Shown here in pieces: positions 61,801-64,000 of a stretch of DNA of 64,000 nt. This DNA comes from Massalongia carnosa (taxonomy: Eukaryota): positions 310,001 to 374,000 of the forward strand of contig OZ287082.1 in NCBI GenBank assembly GCA_965645245.1, in the 5' to 3' direction. Below the pieces are notes generated by a model. It did no database searches, was not told the DNA's origin, and was given only the letters and a program-made list of their open reading frames with translations. Numbering within the stretch: the stretch's first letter is position 1; each line of letters begins with the position of its first letter. The position numbers were made by a program, and so were the translations under genes.

Positions 61801-62235
61801 GAACGCATCAAGGAACACTGGGACTCCAAATGGAAGACGTACCAGAACCGCATTCCCCGCCCGACAGAGGCACAGTTGGGATCTCTCAGTAGGACGAGAC
61901 TGAAGATTCACAACAACCTGATGAAAGCGGAAAGCGCGCTAACCACGCAAATCCGCACCGAAAAAATAGGCTTGGCACACTTCCTGTTCAATCGTCGGGT
62001 ACCGGGCGTTATGACCCCGGTCTGCTCGTGCGGATGGCAGAAGCAGACAGCCAAACACATCATTCTACATTGCAGGCTAATCGACGGCAGATACGAAGTG
62101 CTAAAACAAATAGGCACCAACGACTATCGAACGATCATGAGCTCGTCGAAAATGTTGAAAAAACTAACCACATGGATAATAAAAGCAAATTTGCTGACCC
62201 AATTTTCACTAGCATCGCAACTGTTATACGAGTGA
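58876..62235 (+). pseudogene. LINE ORF2 (APE endonuclease, RT, C-terminal Cys motif) with two in-frame stops
   Basis: IQEPW, (G>R)DFNLHH, SDHIPI, KAPGPDG, YRPIALL, FVDD; TGA at 60616 and TAA at 60835; ATGA overlap with ORF1. Confidence 0.93.
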
Positions 62236-62560
62236 TAACTATCATTTTGTCAAGGATTTCACAGAACATCGAGCGAAGAATGCAGTCCAGAAACGGAACA
62301 CGTTTGGGATAATGGCGCAGTCTGCATGGTTTTTATCCCTTTAAAAGGTTTTCTCTGTAAGAATAAGTAGATAGCCCGCATGGGCCGGCCTTCGGCCGGT
62401 GTCAGATCGGTACAAGAATCAATCATCATCATCATTTAATCTTAATATTAAAGATACAATAATTAATTCGCAGATTAATTTCAATTTTATTATAATTAGT
62501 AATTCGTATTATTTTACAGTAGATTCTGACGTTTGTTCGTACGAATCGTTATAAGATTAA

Positions 62561-63009
62561 TGCTGAAATAGGTATATGACTATGGCTATATAGCTATATA
62601 ATAATAAAGGTATATATGACCGTGATGTTAAGGATGTGACGAAGCGAGATAGTGAATAGATTTCTACCATTGCGCCACCTGTCCTCCCGACCAAAAGGCA
62701 CAATACTTATTCCGCAGACCAAGCTCTATTCTACTCTAACTAGGACTCCTGCTATGTTCGCTGTAGGTCCTGCCGTCCGCACCACGATTGGTCGAACCGT
62801 TACAAAGGATAAAGAGTTGCTAGACAGCAATCTTTTCCTATTACTGGTCACACCCTTCTAAGCGAGGTGATCTTATCTTATATTGGGACTAAGCCTAATG
62901 CGGCATCTACGGTTTCCGTAGATAATCTGTCTATCTAAGGCAGTCGTAGGTGCTATATTTATTGTACTGATAGGTGTTCATTATGCTAGTAGGAATTGAA
63001 TAATCAACA
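62561..63009 (-). mobile_element. Solo LTR of the copia C family containing a 170-bp TRIM-family LTR (62635-62804)
   Basis: Matches 35888-36157; TSD ATTAA; inner TSD AAGGA. Confidence 0.92.
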
Positions 63010-63637
63010 ATTAACTTATATAAACTTATCTAACATAAATAACATACATGACAAGATATCTCTTTTAAGTCTTATTTCTGTCGCGTAATGCAATTTTGAT
63101 AAACTCGAAATATTTTAGTTTATTTTAATAAATATATTATTTATATAATTGCCGCCCCCACGACCTCTTATGTCAACTTTATGAACGTCTTATGAGGAAC
63201 ACAAACTCTCTCTTTATATTACTGTATAACGTCAGGAATGACTGAATAGGTACTATGCTACCCGTCTTAGCAGACCCAAACACTCAGGATTATAATATTA
63301 TCGGTATTCAAGAACCCTAACACAACCCCTTTACTTTTAGTAATTCGGCTCGCGCGAAAGGTAATGCCGGGACCGAGTGGAGGCAGGCCGCGGATAGCCG
63401 ACGAAGGCCGAAGGTCGGATGTCCAAATAGTTGGACGTGAAGGGGAGAAAAAAGCATAAATAGGTGGCCTTTTGGCACTCTTCTCCTCATTATTACCATT
63501 GGTTCGGAGTTCAGCACCCAAATGTCTTTTGAAAGTCTTTCCCGAATTAAATACATCTATCAATTACTCACCCCCAATCCCATCATTCCAAATCACCTCC
63601 ACCTCTCACTCTATATTACCCTCCACACTGAGCCTAT

Positions 63638-64000
63638 CATGCTTTTCCATCGCCCTCAAAGAATCATCAAGCCCTTCGTCTACTTCGAAAACACCTCCGG
63701 GATCGGTCAACGTTTCACTCGTTCCACCTGATCCCCTAAAAGAGGGGTCATAATTTCAGAAACACAGCCTCCTTCGAACACTCAAGGTTGGGAGGGAACA
63801 CTTCGGGACGATGTGATAGACGTTCATCGAACATTGGAATCAATCTCGGATCTGCTGTTGGATCTCAGGGCTCAGCAGGAGGCCACAAGGAGACCCGTCA
63901 CCTTCAAAAATCAAATCGCCGACAACTTGGCGGCCATTCAGCGCATAAGGGAGGGAAACACAGTCCCCGACGGAGACATCAAGGGACTACCCCACCTGAT
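63638..64000 (+). pseudogene. Possible start of another LINE ORF1 or gag, running off the window
   Basis: One frame is open to the window end except for a TGA at 63729; no diagnostic motif visible. Confidence 0.3.

Larger units (their letters stand above)
57259..62430 (+). mobile_element. Near full-length Tad1-like LINE
   Basis: ORF1 plus ORF2; (ATC)n tail; TSD ATCATTTAATCT at 57247 and 62431. Confidence 0.93.

Noticed and set aside
1..64000. Starship/Enterprise captain (tyrosine recombinase)
   Set aside because: No such ORF seen in the window; it cannot be excluded outside it

Overview
Eukaryotic, filamentous-ascomycete-type DNA that is almost entirely nested transposons. It holds three Ty3/gypsy elements (two with chromodomains), two Ty1/copia elements, two TRIM-like miniature LTR elements, more than 12 solo or partial LTRs, Tad1-like LINEs, pogo/Fot1 DNA transposons and a ~152-bp MITE family with 8-bp TSDs. 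The only clear non-TE genes are an intronless ~499-aa hypothetical protein (13923-15422) and two near-identical, inverted copies of a gene with Spok (spore-killer meiotic driver) architecture: coiled-coil heptad repeat, PD-(D/E)XK nuclease, Cys cluster, kinase. Copy 1 (551-2800, minus) is an open 749-aa ORF but has a Y>D change in the nuclease QxxxY motif. Copy 2 (52041-55122, plus) is split by a very young 890-bp TRIM whose 3' LTR supplies in-frame ATGs to the Cys-cluster/kinase half, which is the putative antidote. All calls come from reading motifs, termini and TSDs by eye; no database search was run.
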